This document shows positions 1 to 9,441 of a stretch of DNA of 55,156 nucleotides, one piece after another. The notes beneath the pieces were generated by a model that worked only from the letters and a program-made list of their open reading frames with translations, was not told the DNA's origin and did no database searches. Where the stretch lies: the IMG/VR virus record IMGVR_UViG_3300037467_000874. One strand, given 5' to 3'. Positions within the stretch are counted from its first letter, which is position 1, and every line of letters begins with the position of its first letter. The DNA is from an uncultured virus (IMG/VR IMGVR_UViG_3300037467_000874) (taxonomy: Duplodnaviria; Heunggongvirae; Uroviricota; Caudoviricetes). The position numbers and the translations under genes were made by a program.

Positions 1-1
1 C

Positions 2-1780
2 GAAATAATCTCCAGTATTATAGTCAGAGCCTTCAAATACAGAGTAAGCTCCACGTTCTTGAGCCAAAAGATAACTTGCTTTTACGATATAGTAATTCCA
101 CTTTGCAAAGAACCTGTCTGCTTCTGCAATATGTGCTTCAGATTCCCAAACAATACCCTTATTAGCCATGTAAGCGTGATAGTTCATAATACCAGCACCA
201 ACAGCACGATATTTCTTATTCGTCACTTCTGCTTCTTTGATAGGATAGAAGTTTACATCAATAACATTGTCAAGCATACGCATTTGTAGATATAATGTTT
301 CTTCAAATTCTTCTTCTGTCAGATGATTTGCTCTGTCCATGTTAAAAGAAGATAGATTACAAACTACTGTATCACCAACATTTTTAACCGTATGCAATTT
401 ACCATGTCTATCAACATATTGCTCATCAAATGTAGTCTCACTCATATTTTGTTTAATCTCTGTGCATAGATTGGATGAATAAATCATTCCAGCATGTTTA
501 TTGGGATTCATTTTGTTTACTGTATCACGATAGAACATGAATGGCTTACCAGTTTCTGAAGCGCTCTCAAGGAATTTTCGCATTACATCAATTGCGTTAA
601 CTTCTGTTTTTTCAATTGTCTCGTCTTCAACAAGAGATTTATAAATTTCAGTCCACTCTTCTCCGTAGAAGTCAGCAAGATAATAACCCCTCTTGTCATA
701 TACTTCGTGAGGATCAATAAGCCACCATTTGCCACGCGCTCTTACTTGTTCCATAAAGTAATCAGATGCACACATTGCAGGGAACAAGTCAAGAACACGT
801 GTTCTCTCATCACCATTTGGTTTACTCATACCAAGAACTTCAAAAATGTCTGGATGCCAGCAATCAACATAAACAGCGATTGCACCACTACGAGAACCAA
901 GTTGGTCAACAGATTTAGCTGTAATTCCATATCCTTTCAACCAAGGAATGATACCATTGCTTAAGCCTTTGATACCTTGAATTTTAGCCCCTCGACTTCT
1001 GATTTTGCCCACATAAATTCCAATACCACCAGAGTATTTAGAAAGTTGTGCGGCATTTTGATCAACATCTTTAATACTCCAAAGATTATCTCCTGCTGTA
1101 AGAATGAAACAACTACTCATTTGTGTAAGCGGTCTACCAGCATTCAAAAGTGTTGGTGTAGCTACCATAACGTCAAGCTTGGAAATTACATCATAGAACT
1201 TTTTAGCCCAGTATACACGTTCACCCTTCTTCTCAACAGTAGCCAGAGTCATTGCAACAGCCATGAAGCGTTCTTGTGGAAGTTCAATGACATCACCTTT
1301 TCTACTTTTGACCAAGTATTTTTGATAAAGCATATCAATTCCACCATAGTTTAAAAGCTCATCACGTTCAGGTTTAATATATTTACCCAATTCTTCTAAC
1401 TCAGAGTGAGTGTAAGATTTTGTCATGTATGAACCATATAAGCCGCTTGCAACAAGTTCTTTGACCATTTTGGGATATCCATGATAACCAAATTTCTTTT
1501 TATGCCCTCTATTACGACTAGCTTCTTTATATAAATTATATGCCAATAGTCTAGATGCTACAAATTGCCATTTGGTATTTTCAACACTAGTTTTTTCTGC
1601 GGCAATTTTAATTAAGATATTCTGAATCTCCGTAGTAGTCATATCTTTTTTAACATTCATTTGCAAATCATCTGCAAATTCATTATACATATCCTCATCT
1701 TGAATTGCGTATTTTAGAACCTTCATAATTTTATCGAAATTGAAAGATTCTTTCTGACCACTTCTCTTGATAACTTCCAT
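2..1780 (-). CDS. nrdA: Ribonucleoside-diphosphate reductase alpha subunit (class I, N-terminal ATP-cone); 3' end runs off the window
   Basis: Absent from the ORF track because it has no stop in the window. Manual translation: MEVIKRSGQKESFNFDKI (ATP cone), ATPTLLNAGRPLTQMSSCF, GGIG, SSNLCTEI, VCNLSS, RMLDNVID, YRAVGAG. Confidence 0.95.
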   Translation of the reverse strand, partial: MEVIKRSGQKESFNFDKIMKVLKYAIQDEDMYNEFADDLQMNVKKDMTTTEIQNILIKIAAEKTSVENTKWQFVASRLLAYNLYKEASRNRGHKKKFGYHGYPKMVKELVASGLYGSYMTKSYTHSELEELGKYIKPERDELLNYGGIDMLYQKYLVKSRKGDVIELPQERFMAVAMTLATVEKKGERVYWAKKFYDVISKLDVMVATPTLLNAGRPLTQMSSCFILTAGDNLWSIKDVDQNAAQLSKYSGGIGIYVGKIRSRGAKIQGIKGLSNGIIPWLKGYGITAKSVDQLGSRSGAIAVYVDCWHPDIFEVLGMSKPNGDERTRVLDLFPAMCASDYFMEQVRARGKWWLIDPHEVYDKRGYYLADFYGEEWTEIYKSLVEDETIEKTEVNAIDVMRKFLESASETGKPFMFYRDTVNKMNPNKHAGMIYSSNLCTEIKQNMSETTFDEQYVDRHGKLHTVKNVGDTVVCNLSSFNMDRANHLTEEEFEETLYLQMRMLDNVIDVNFYPIKEAEVTNKKYRAVGAGIMNYHAYMANKGIVWESEAHIAEADRFFAKWNYYIVKASYLLAQERGAYSVFEGSDYNTGDYF

Positions 1781-1899
1781 TGTCAATCCATTCCCTTCTT
1801 GTCATTTGTGTAATATGTACTATAAGATGAATAAACGTGCCACCTCACTTTGGAGATGACACGTTTATAAGAATACCATATTCTCTAATGGTAACTTAT

Positions 1900-1928
1900 A
1901 TTATATCACACTTATATCCTCTTGTCAA
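1900..1928 (-). promoter_or_regulatory. sigmaA-type promoter upstream of nrdA
   Basis: TTGACA-17 bp-TATAAT with extended -10 TG on the minus strand. Confidence 0.8.
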
Positions 1929-1936
1929 AGATGCAA

Positions 1937-2776
1937 TTACTTGGAGTTAGGTAGAGGAACTTGAACCATCGAATTGCTTCCACTTACAGCAGGCAATTTA
2001 CCATCCCATTTATCGATAGTTTTATTCTGGATAACTTTGTCGGTAAGGGATTGATTCAACAGTGCATTTGCCTTAGCTTGACCTTGAGCGACAATCAGAG
2101 CAGAGTCAGCTTCACCTTGAGCAGTTACACGCTTTTGATCAGCCATGATTTTTTCTTTTTCAAGGTTAATCTTTTCTTGTTCAAGCTTTTGCTCTGCATC
2201 AACTTTTGCTTGAATAGCCTTTTGTGTTTGATCGTCAGGAGTAGGCGTTTGGAATGTTACAGATTCAATAACGAATCCAGCCGCTACAACTTTAGCATCT
2301 TCAGCAAACCCTTTTTGGATTGCAAGAGATACTTCCTGAGACTTTTCACCAAGAACCTCAAGTACAGAGTATTTCGTAGTCACATCTTTAGCCGCTTCAA
2401 TCAAACGCTGTTTCAAAAATCCTTGTTCAATTACTCCAGTACCTTGACCACGAAACTTATTGAACACCTGTGGAAGCTTGTCGAGTTCAATGTGATAGCT
2501 GTAAGAGATTGTAGTCTGAATTGGCTTTCCATCACTCGTTCCCAAACGAATGTCTTCATACTGAACAGTTTCTGTTGCTACAGGATATTCAGTAACATGT
2601 ACCAGTGGGTTTACAAAGTGCCAACCTTGACCTAGCGGCTTATCTTCAATTCCACCATTACGACTCCAAACTACACCAGCATGACCAGCACCAATCGACG
2701 TGAATGACATTGCACCAAGGATAATTCCACCAAATACTACTACTGCACCAATTGCTCCAATTACTTTTGCGTTCAT
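1937..2776 (-). CDS. SPFH/Band 7 (prohibitin-like) membrane protein
   Basis: N-terminal TM helix, GHAGVV..GWHFVNP, coiled-coil AQGEAD..AQGQAKAN, C-terminal KWDGKLP. Confidence 0.9.
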   Translation of the reverse strand: MNAKVIGAIGAVVVFGGIILGAMSFTSIGAGHAGVVWSRNGGIEDKPLGQGWHFVNPLVHVTEYPVATETVQYEDIRLGTSDGKPIQTTISYSYHIELDKLPQVFNKFRGQGTGVIEQGFLKQRLIEAAKDVTTKYSVLEVLGEKSQEVSLAIQKGFAEDAKVVAAGFVIESVTFQTPTPDDQTQKAIQAKVDAEQKLEQEKINLEKEKIMADQKRVTAQGEADSALIVAQGQAKANALLNQSLTDKVIQNKTIDKWDGKLPAVSGSNSMVQVPLPNSK

Positions 2777-2805
2777 TGTTTAAATTCCTCCGATTTGTTT
2801 TTGTT

Positions 2806-2907
2806 TTATTTGTTTTTTGTAAAAACTTTTGCCATCTTATAAATTGCTGTAACTACCAATCCAGCACCTATAAGAACTAAGATAATTCCTACAAGAAGTG
2901 AGAACAT
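2806..2907 (-). CDS. 33-aa single-TM peptide directly upstream of the SPFH gene
   Basis: Manual translation MFSLLVGIILVLIGAGLVVTAIYKMAKVFTKNK, preceded by an AGGAG RBS. Confidence 0.6.
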   Translation of the reverse strand: MFSLLVGIILVLIGAGLVVTAIYKMAKVFTKNK

Positions 2908-2920
2908 TTTATTACACTCC

Positions 2921-3244
2921 TTAACATTCGATATAATCTACCATTGACTGAAGAGCCTTGGCAAGTTGTTTTGTATCGTCTAGTGTCAAAGCTATCAAAA
3001 CTGATTCATCATCCTCAGTCGCCCTAAAACATACAATCCCTTCCTTGGTACTAGGGCATTCTTGATAAAATCGTTTTGCTGATGCAAGAGTTCCATAATT
3101 TTGACTAACCACAAGTGTGCCTTCATATAGTTCATCAAAAAATTCAATTCTCTCTACTGGCAATTCCACATCTGGCTGAACCATTCTAGTAATTTTCATT
3201 ACTGACATTTCAACATCTCCCATTGTTTTATTTGTTTTCCTCAT
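2921..3244 (-). CDS. Hypothetical protein
   Basis: 107-aa ORF on the coding strand, downstream of a promoter. Confidence 0.65.
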   Translation of the reverse strand: MRKTNKTMGDVEMSVMKITRMVQPDVELPVERIEFFDELYEGTLVVSQNYGTLASAKRFYQECPSTKEGIVCFRATEDDESVLIALTLDDTKQLAKALQSMVDYIEC

Positions 3245-3255
3245 CTACAAGTATT

Positions 3256-3284
3256 ATTCTATCATTTATTCTTTTACTTGTCAA
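3256..3284 (-). promoter_or_regulatory. sigmaA-type promoter with conserved AAGAATAAATG spacer
   Basis: TTGACA-agtaaaagaataaatga-TAGAAT. Confidence 0.8.
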
Positions 3285-3301
3285 CAAGTATTTTCAAAGT
3301 T

Positions 3302-4930
3302 TTAACCGAGCCTGTAATCGTCAGCAACTATCTGCATCGTGGTAATTATCTCTTTCTTCCAGTTCTGCCAATTATTCAACTTCAATTGTCCAATAACTTC
3401 AATAGAATCAAGGACTCCGACATCATTAGCCCAATCTTCGTCTACTTTGAACTTGATAACGTCAATGCCATCACACTTGATCTTAACTGTTTCTTTCGTC
3501 TTACCTAAGACTTTAGGGTTTTCTTCGACAAATAAATCCTTGACAAGAATGGTAGCGACTGGGAATCCCTCTCCAGTCAGGTAATCAAACTTTTCTATAT
3601 CTTTAATCAATGAAGGAGTAACGTCATTAGCGTCTAGTTCAAGATCGTAAACAATCTTTGATTCAAACTCATATCCTTCAAGTTTCTCATTAAAAACCTT
3701 TTTAAGCTTCTCAAGATTAACAGATTTTAGGCCAATTCCTCCTGCGAATTCGTGGCCTACTGAATACTGAGTATACTTTTTAATAGATTTATCATTAAGA
3801 AACTCCCTCATTGGAAATCCGCTATAAGACCTGTAACTGCCAGCCAAAGAGCCTCCATGATCACGCATGACCAATGTTGGCCTTTGAAACTCCTGCGCTA
3901 TTTTGTTCGCAATAAGACCATTAAAGCTCTTACTTTCAACATCATGAATACATATGATAACTTTATCGTTAGGATTAACTGTTGCAACAAATTTTTCGTA
4001 CAACTCCTTCTCAATATCTTTGCGCTGTTCATTAACAAGCTTCATTTCAGATGCTATGTCAAGACATGTTTGCATGTCATCAGTTATCAGTAAATCTATA
4101 GCAAGTTCAATCTTACCCATACGTGCTACTCCATTTATGAGTGGAGCAATACCAAAACCAATTGTCTGAGAATTAATATCTTTCAAATTAGTTCCGTTCA
4201 TTTGAAGAACGGCAAGAATACCAGTGTTCTTGATATTCTTAAGTCCTTGAGTAATAAGATATCTATTCTCAAGAACTGATACATCCATCATGTCGGCGTA
4301 CATACCAACTGCAACTAAATCCAAATAATCTTCGACTGTACCTGATCCAATCGTATCGTCAATAATTTGAATAACTTTATATGTTACTCCTGCACCACTC
4401 AAACTTTTATTTGGAGAATTATCCAATTGAGGATTTACAATTAGAGCATAAGGATTATCTTCCTCAAATGAATGGTGATCTATAATAACAATATCAACAC
4501 CTTTTTCTGACAACTCTTTACAAGCTTCTGTTGAGTTCGTAGATGAATCAAGAATGATTAGCAATTCTGTATCATCTGGAACTTGTTGGTTTTCAACTCC
4601 ATGTCCGTCTTCGCGTTGATGGTAGACAATATGCAAATTATCTGTAAATGGTTTTAAGTACCTGTACATAATTGCACCACTGGTTACACCGTCAACGTCA
4701 ACGTCAAAGCTAATAGCAATCTTTTTATTGTTTTTAATAGCCTCAACAATCTTGTCTGCCGCTTCTTTAATATTTGCAAGCAGACAAGGATCATTTAAGA
4801 CTTTTGATGTTGGATTGAGGAATTGCTTTTGGTCAGAAATTCCTCTAATCTTAAGAAGCTTGGCTACGATGTTGTCACTTTTATTGGGTTTGATAGAAAC
4901 CTCTCTTTTAACCCATTTCATGACAATCAC
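3302..4930 (-). CDS. recJ: RecJ-like DHH/DHHA1 single-stranded DNA exonuclease (SPbeta YorK-like)
   Basis: DVDVDGVTS, IIDHH, LSGAGV, ADMMD, GSYRS and GHEFAGG motifs. Confidence 0.9.
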   Translation of the reverse strand: MIVMKWVKREVSIKPNKSDNIVAKLLKIRGISDQKQFLNPTSKVLNDPCLLANIKEAADKIVEAIKNNKKIAISFDVDVDGVTSGAIMYRYLKPFTDNLHIVYHQREDGHGVENQQVPDDTELLIILDSSTNSTEACKELSEKGVDIVIIDHHSFEEDNPYALIVNPQLDNSPNKSLSGAGVTYKVIQIIDDTIGSGTVEDYLDLVAVGMYADMMDVSVLENRYLITQGLKNIKNTGILAVLQMNGTNLKDINSQTIGFGIAPLINGVARMGKIELAIDLLITDDMQTCLDIASEMKLVNEQRKDIEKELYEKFVATVNPNDKVIICIHDVESKSFNGLIANKIAQEFQRPTLVMRDHGGSLAGSYRSYSGFPMREFLNDKSIKKYTQYSVGHEFAGGIGLKSVNLEKLKKVFNEKLEGYEFESKIVYDLELDANDVTPSLIKDIEKFDYLTGEGFPVATILVKDLFVEENPKVLGKTKETVKIKCDGIDVIKFKVDEDWANDVGVLDSIEVIGQLKLNNWQNWKKEIITTMQIVADDYRLG

Positions 4931-4944
4931 AACCTTTATTTATT

Positions 4945-5109
4945 TTAATTTACAATCAAATCAAGTACAGCGAAGACAAGACTAAGAGCAAAAGATATAG
5001 AAAGTCCAAACCACATTCCAGCCTTAAATTGTTCTCCTTTTTTATATTCATTATTTGCAATATAAACCGTTAGCAAAGCAAAAAGTGCAAAAAGTATGAT
5101 CGAAAACAT
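4945..5109 (-). CDS. 54-aa two-TM small membrane protein
   Basis: Manual translation MFSIILFALFALLTVYIANNEYKKGEQFKAGMWFGLSISFALSLVFAVLDLIVN; fills the gap between two genes. Confidence 0.55.
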   Translation of the reverse strand: MFSIILFALFALLTVYIANNEYKKGEQFKAGMWFGLSISFALSLVFAVLDLIVN

Positions 5110-5370
5110 TTATTCTTCATCTCCATCGTTATAAATTTGGTTTATAATTCCTCTAAGATAAGCTACGACATCACCATGTTGTTTGGCTTCTTTCAAGAAA
5201 TCTGTTTTTGTACTAGTTATGATACCAAAGTGCAAGTATGAACTTGCACCATCAGTATCTTTTTGAATTGCATTATAAATCTCTTTATATAAATCTTCTT
5301 TTTCCACGTCACAACTTCCTGCGCCAATAAAGTGATCATCTTCAGAGAAGTAGATATAATGAGTTGTCAA
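5110..5370 (-). CDS. Hypothetical protein
   Basis: 86-aa ORF in a tightly packed minus-strand run. Confidence 0.6.
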   Translation of the reverse strand: MTTHYIYFSEDDHFIGAGSCDVEKEDLYKEIYNAIQKDTDGASSYLHFGIITSTKTDFLKEAKQHGDVVAYLRGIINQIYNDGDEE

Positions 5371-5371
5371 A

Positions 5372-5785
5372 TTACATCATTCCTTTTGCTACAAGTGTCA
5401 AACGAGCGTTTTCTCCATCTTCGTAACCAATATCAAATAGTTCTTGTCCTTCAAACAATTTATCGCTATTGTCAAAACCACAGGCAAATCCAAGTTGATA
5501 ATTTCTAGTGAATTTATTTACAAAATAATCGTGAGCCTCATTACTCTTTACTCCAAATTCCTTGTAATAGATTGCACCCATTGCACAAGCGCAATTATCA
5601 CCTTCTGGAATGATATATGCATCATCACGTTCTCCAAAATATGTGCCTTGATGCGGCTTAAGACCAGTATCTTCAAATGCTTGAACAACTTCTTCTGGAG
5701 TAATACGTTTGATTTCAGACATAGTGAAAACCTCCTGATTTTTTAGATACTTCACGCCAAGCTTCAACAAGTTCTGCGTATCCAA
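5372..5785 (-). CDS. Hypothetical protein (true start probably MSEIKR, about 5722)
   Basis: ORF with CACAMGA motif; AGGAGG RBS precedes the internal Met. Confidence 0.65.
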   Translation of the reverse strand: MDTQNLLKLGVKYLKNQEVFTMSEIKRITPEEVVQAFEDTGLKPHQGTYFGERDDAYIIPEGDNCACAMGAIYYKEFGVKSNEAHDYFVNKFTRNYQLGFACGFDNSDKLFEGQELFDIGYEDGENARLTLVAKGMM

Positions 5786-5969
5786 GTTCAGTCAGCGCAT
5801 TCATAATAATTCCGTCCGCTTCATTATGCGCTTTACCACTATTGGTTGTTTCAATTTCTTTCAACTGCTCAACAAATTTGGTCATATCTTGACAGGGTAG
5901 GGGTTTGGATTCTGCTTCCACTTTTTGTGTTTCTACTTTTCTTTGACTCTTTGGATTTCTACGACTCAT
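5715..5969 (-). CDS. Hypothetical protein
   Basis: 84-aa ORF with AGGAG RBS. Confidence 0.6.
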   Translation of the reverse strand: MSRRNPKSQRKVETQKVEAESKPLPCQDMTKFVEQLKEIETTNSGKAHNEADGIIMNALTELGYAELVEAWREVSKKSGGFHYV

Positions 5970-5984
5970 GATGTTAAGCTCCTT

Positions 5985-6191
5985 TTAAATTAATTTCAAA
6001 TCTTCAAGTGGCACAAACCAAGAATGATATTCTTCATCTTCAGTTTCTTGTACCATATATAAATCAGTGTTACATCCATAAAAATCAACATCAGCCATTC
6101 CATCAATAATTTCAACAATGACTCCTTCTGCGCCAATTGTGTAGAATGGAATGTCACCATTTGTAGTAATTACGCGATCTCCAACTTTCAT
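5985..6191 (-). CDS. Small SH3/KOW-like hypothetical protein
   Basis: MKVGDRV N-terminus, GGAGG RBS. Confidence 0.65.
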   Translation of the reverse strand: MKVGDRVITTNGDIPFYTIGAEGVIVEIIDGMADVDFYGCNTDLYMVQETEDEEYHSWFVPLEDLKLI

Positions 6192-6204
6192 TTTTAATTC
6201 CTCC

Positions 6205-6414
6205 TTATTTATTTAGATATTCTTGATACTGTTTCCAAATCTGATAAGTTCGTTGATGCTTTTCAGGTGGTTTAACCCACTCATAATAAGAAGCCCAATT
6301 CATTGATTCTTCGTAGTTTTTTAATTGAACTTCCTCATAACTGAAAAGATGAAAGCCAAGATAATCTCTGTGTTTAGCAAATGTAACAATGTCTACTTTA
6401 ATTTTATCTTTCAT
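6205..6414 (-). CDS. Hypothetical protein
   Basis: 69-aa ORF in the gene run. Confidence 0.55.
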   Translation of the reverse strand: MKDKIKVDIVTFAKHRDYLGFHLFSYEEVQLKNYEESMNWASYYEWVKPPEKHQRTYQIWKQYQEYLNK

Positions 6415-6436
6415 TCATGTCACATCCTAGTTGTTA

Positions 6437-6697
6437 TTATTTTTTACGTTTCAGTTCAGCGGCACGTTGAGCTTTGATACGATCTTTCAAACGAACAGTA
6501 GGAATGATTTCTGGGCGGCCTACATTAGTTCCTTGAACCAAGTGAACCTCAAGAGCATCAAGCTTTACATTATCTTGCTTTGCAATTTCACGTGCTTCTT
6601 TGATTGCCAGAAGGCGCGTAGTTGATTCCAGATAAATTACCACCGAACGTTCACTTTTGTCTTGCTTTTGTACACCAGTCGAATAAAATTTTGCCAT
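6437..6697 (-). CDS. Hypothetical protein
   Basis: 86-aa ORF, GGAGG RBS, promoter upstream. Confidence 0.65.
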   Translation of the reverse strand: MAKFYSTGVQKQDKSERSVVIYLESTTRLLAIKEAREIAKQDNVKLDALEVHLVQGTNVGRPEIIPTVRLKDRIKAQRAAELKRKK

Positions 6698-6742
6698 TTT
6701 ACTTCCTCCAATAATTTGTATTTGTTTTATCTGACATTTATA

Positions 6743-6771
6743 AGTATATCAAATGCTTGATGGTAAGTCAA
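6743..6771 (-). promoter_or_regulatory. sigmaA-type promoter
   Basis: TTGACT-17 bp-TATACT with extended -10 TG. Confidence 0.7.
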
Positions 6772-6774
6772 GCA

Positions 6775-7017
6775 TTATTTAGTAGATTCAGACCGGGATT
6801 TGATATATAAAAATAACTCAAATTTCAAATCACTATCTTGTAACGAACGATAAAATTTAGTACCTTCACTCAGAGTCATGCCATCGAGTAGCAACTTCAA
6901 TTCATCAATATTAATTGACTCCTTCTCATTATTAATTTTATCATACAATTGATCTAATTCTAATGTCAATGCTTCATGTTTTTCAACTATTTTAACTGCC
7001 TTTTCATAGTTGCCCAT
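6775..7017 (-). CDS. Hypothetical protein
   Basis: 80-aa ORF adjoining the primase stop, with RBS. Confidence 0.6.
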   Translation of the reverse strand: MGNYEKAVKIVEKHEALTLELDQLYDKINNEKESINIDELKLLLDGMTLSEGTKFYRSLQDSDLKFELFLYIKSRSESTK

Positions 7018-7019
7018 GT

Positions 7020-8132
7020 TTACCTCTCCTTTTTCTTTTTCTTATCTTTCTGTTTATTATTCCAAGTAATGAAATCTTCTAATAACATCTTTTCACTATA
7101 CAATTCAGACCAAAGAAATTCTCCTTCATCGACAGGAGAAGATTTTTCCCCTTCTAACCAGTCCATAAAATCATAAACAATATAAACTTTCCTATTTGTC
7201 AACTTGTTAGCTTGCTCTATGATTTCATCAGGAGTTTTATCTTTGTCGTAACATAGGATAATAGAGCAATCTAATCCAAAGCTTTTAATGAGATTGACTT
7301 GCAAATCGGACAAGTCATCACCTTCAATGCTGGCACAGTTACGAAAGTTGTACTGCCAAGATTTGAATACACTCTTATAACCTTCAAACAATATCAACTC
7401 TTTCTTATCTAAGATAAAAGGCAATGTCTTGTGTAAACCAAATAACTCAATGCTCTTATCCATTCTTTCAACATAAATGTATTTAGGAATATTTTTTTCC
7501 TTGTAATTCTTGTCCAGCGTTCTGCCTTTAACGCCAATAAGCTCTCCATTGATATTCCTAACCATTGTAACGATGCGCTTAGATTGCCAGTCAAATCCAA
7601 TCTCCCATTCATCCTGAGTGTCACAGTCAATTCCCTCTTCAACCCAAGCTGTATAAGGAATCATTAAGTAGCTTTTGATTATGGATTCATCAAGAGCAGT
7701 GTTTGGCCTGACATCTTGAATCTTTCTTTTCTTCTTACGTTTCTTCTTCAAATCCTTAAGCCATTTATTGTAATCCTTTGTGTCTTTTCTGTTCTTGTGT
7801 TTGTCAAGAATGTCATGATACCCAAACTCTTCAATAATCCACATCTTTGCATTTGATAGATTATCTTGACGAGCTTGTGCGGTTTCGCATTCAAATTTAA
7901 TGTAACTGACAATTGAATAAATATCTTCTCCGCTAACACCTCTTGTTCTTATTGCAGAAGAGAGCTTTTCTTGATTGTAAACTTGCACTGAACGTTTATC
8001 TTTTCCGTTAGGGAGTCTTGCTTCAAACCTTCCTCCAACATATTTAATATCGTGACAGCCAAGCTTGGTAAGTAATTCTTCTATCTTATCTTCTTCGTAT
8101 AGCCTTTGTTTAATTTTCTGCAAATCGTTCAT
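7020..8132 (-). CDS. DNA primase, DnaG-like TOPRIM (SPbeta YorJ-like)
   Basis: GELIGVKGR, KYIY, LFGLH, LFEGYKSV and CYDKD TOPRIM motifs; lies near the helicase. Confidence 0.85.
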   Translation of the reverse strand: MNDLQKIKQRLYEEDKIEELLTKLGCHDIKYVGGRFEARLPNGKDKRSVQVYNQEKLSSAIRTRGVSGEDIYSIVSYIKFECETAQARQDNLSNAKMWIIEEFGYHDILDKHKNRKDTKDYNKWLKDLKKKRKKKRKIQDVRPNTALDESIIKSYLMIPYTAWVEEGIDCDTQDEWEIGFDWQSKRIVTMVRNINGELIGVKGRTLDKNYKEKNIPKYIYVERMDKSIELFGLHKTLPFILDKKELILFEGYKSVFKSWQYNFRNCASIEGDDLSDLQVNLIKSFGLDCSIILCYDKDKTPDEIIEQANKLTNRKVYIVYDFMDWLEGEKSSPVDEGEFLWSELYSEKMLLEDFITWNNKQKDKKKKKER

Positions 8133-8143
8133 ATCTCATACAC

Positions 8144-8380
8144 CTACACGATCCAATAATGAGGACAGTCTTTGCATTGAAACTCACTAACCATTTTCCC
8201 TGTACCATGTTTTTTATATTTCTCAACTAAATAGTAATTTTCATGTTTACATTTTACATCTACTTGTTTTAGCTGTCTTTCTAGTGTTTCAACTTCTCTT
8301 TGGAGTTCTCTGATTTTGTTTCTGTGTTCATTTATTTTATTTACTATTTCTTGTTTCAGTTGTTTGTCTTCTTCTTTCAT
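8144..8380 (-). CDS. Coiled-coil protein with putative zinc ribbon
   Basis: CKH...CKDC motif after a coiled coil. Confidence 0.6.
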   Translation of the reverse strand: MKEEDKQLKQEIVNKINEHRNKIRELQREVETLERQLKQVDVKCKHENYYLVEKYKKHGTGKMVSEFQCKDCPHYWIV

Positions 8381-8417
8381 TGATCTGTCCTCCTTTACTC
8401 AAAAAAGAAAGGGAAGC

Positions 8418-8573
8418 TTATTCTTCATCTATTCGAATCCGACATGCTTCCCTCTTTTGCTTCTTTCTTTTATCTGCAATGACTCTGTTAGTTGGCTTAA
8501 ATCCCCAATCTCTACTGCGAGTTTGTTTGATTGCAGATAACAAAGTGTCATTTTTCTTTTTAATCTTTCTCAT
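8418..8573 (-). CDS. 51-aa basic hypothetical protein
   Basis: Manual translation MRKIKKKNDTLLSAIKQTRSRDWGFKPTNRVIADKRKKQKREACRIRIDEE; AGGAG RBS; promoter upstream. Confidence 0.55.
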   Translation of the reverse strand: MRKIKKKNDTLLSAIKQTRSRDWGFKPTNRVIADKRKKQKREACRIRIDEE

Positions 8574-8606
8574 AAACGAATCAACTCCTATCGGCTCGGT
8601 TCGTTT

Positions 8607-8635
8607 ATTATATCATTTGTGGCGTTACTTGTCAA
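8607..8635 (-). promoter_or_regulatory. sigmaA-type promoter
   Basis: TTGACA-17 bp-TATAAT with extended -10 TG. Confidence 0.8.
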
Positions 8636-8644
8636 GTGGTTCCA

Positions 8645-9037
8645 TTAATACCATACTCCCAATTTTTTAATTCTTTTTTCAAGCTTTTTCTTAATTCGTC
8701 TATTCTTTGTGCGATTCATAATTTTTTCAAGTCTAAAAGATTCAATGACTGAAGGATGATATGCCATATCAAATCCAAAAAGATATTTAATTCCTTTTGC
8801 ACTAATATAGACATCATCTGCTGTTAATGTGATTCCATCACTAAAACTTGAAGGTGAAAAGAAGGTGCTTTCATATTCTTTTTCAAACTCTACACTAACG
8901 TTTGAAACATTAAAATCGCTAATTGACCCAATCTCTTCACCAGTCTCAAGATCATAAAATTTTGCATCTGAAATATTTTTAGGACATTTAAAGCACATAT
9001 TAATCACCCTCTCTTTCATAACAATCTGGCAAAGCAT
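8645..9037 (-). CDS. Hypothetical protein
   Basis: ORF in the gene run; likely start MCFKCP. Confidence 0.6.
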   Translation of the reverse strand: MLCQIVMKERVINMCFKCPKNISDAKFYDLETGEEIGSISDFNVSNVSVEFEKEYESTFFSPSSFSDGITLTADDVYISAKGIKYLFGFDMAYHPSVIESFRLEKIMNRTKNRRIKKKLEKRIKKLGVWY

Positions 9038-9425
9038 TTACCCATTCGAGTAGTCTTAGATTAGACTCAGTAACAAACTTGAACTTCTCTTCTACAGAAT
9101 AATTTTTAAAATTATCATTTGTATTTCTAATTGTTATTTTATCTCCTTTATCTTTGACAAATCCATCTGGAAGTTTTTCTGGCAACAATACCCAATCATT
9201 GAAATAGATATACATATAAGAATAGTTCTCATACCAATGTCCACTGCAACAGTACTTAGTTGTATATCCTTTTTTATTTAGTACAATGATTGCTGGAGCA
9301 ATTAGCTCATCTAACCAAACTACATCTCCTTGACAATCAGCTTTTGGACAAAGGTATTCTTTGCGTTCTGTTTTGGCAATAAAACGAACATCATAATGTT
9401 CAAAACAATCCATACAGACGTACAT
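9000..9425 (-). CDS. Cys-rich hypothetical phage protein
   Basis: CMDC..CPKADC..KGYTTKYCCSGH. Confidence 0.7.
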   Translation of the reverse strand: MYVCMDCFEHYDVRFIAKTERKEYLCPKADCQGDVVWLDELIAPAIIVLNKKGYTTKYCCSGHWYENYSYMYIYFNDWVLLPEKLPDGFVKDKGDKITIRNTNDNFKNYSVEEKFKFVTESNLRLLEWVNALPDCYEREGD

Positions 9426-9441
9426 GTTTATTCATCCTTTC

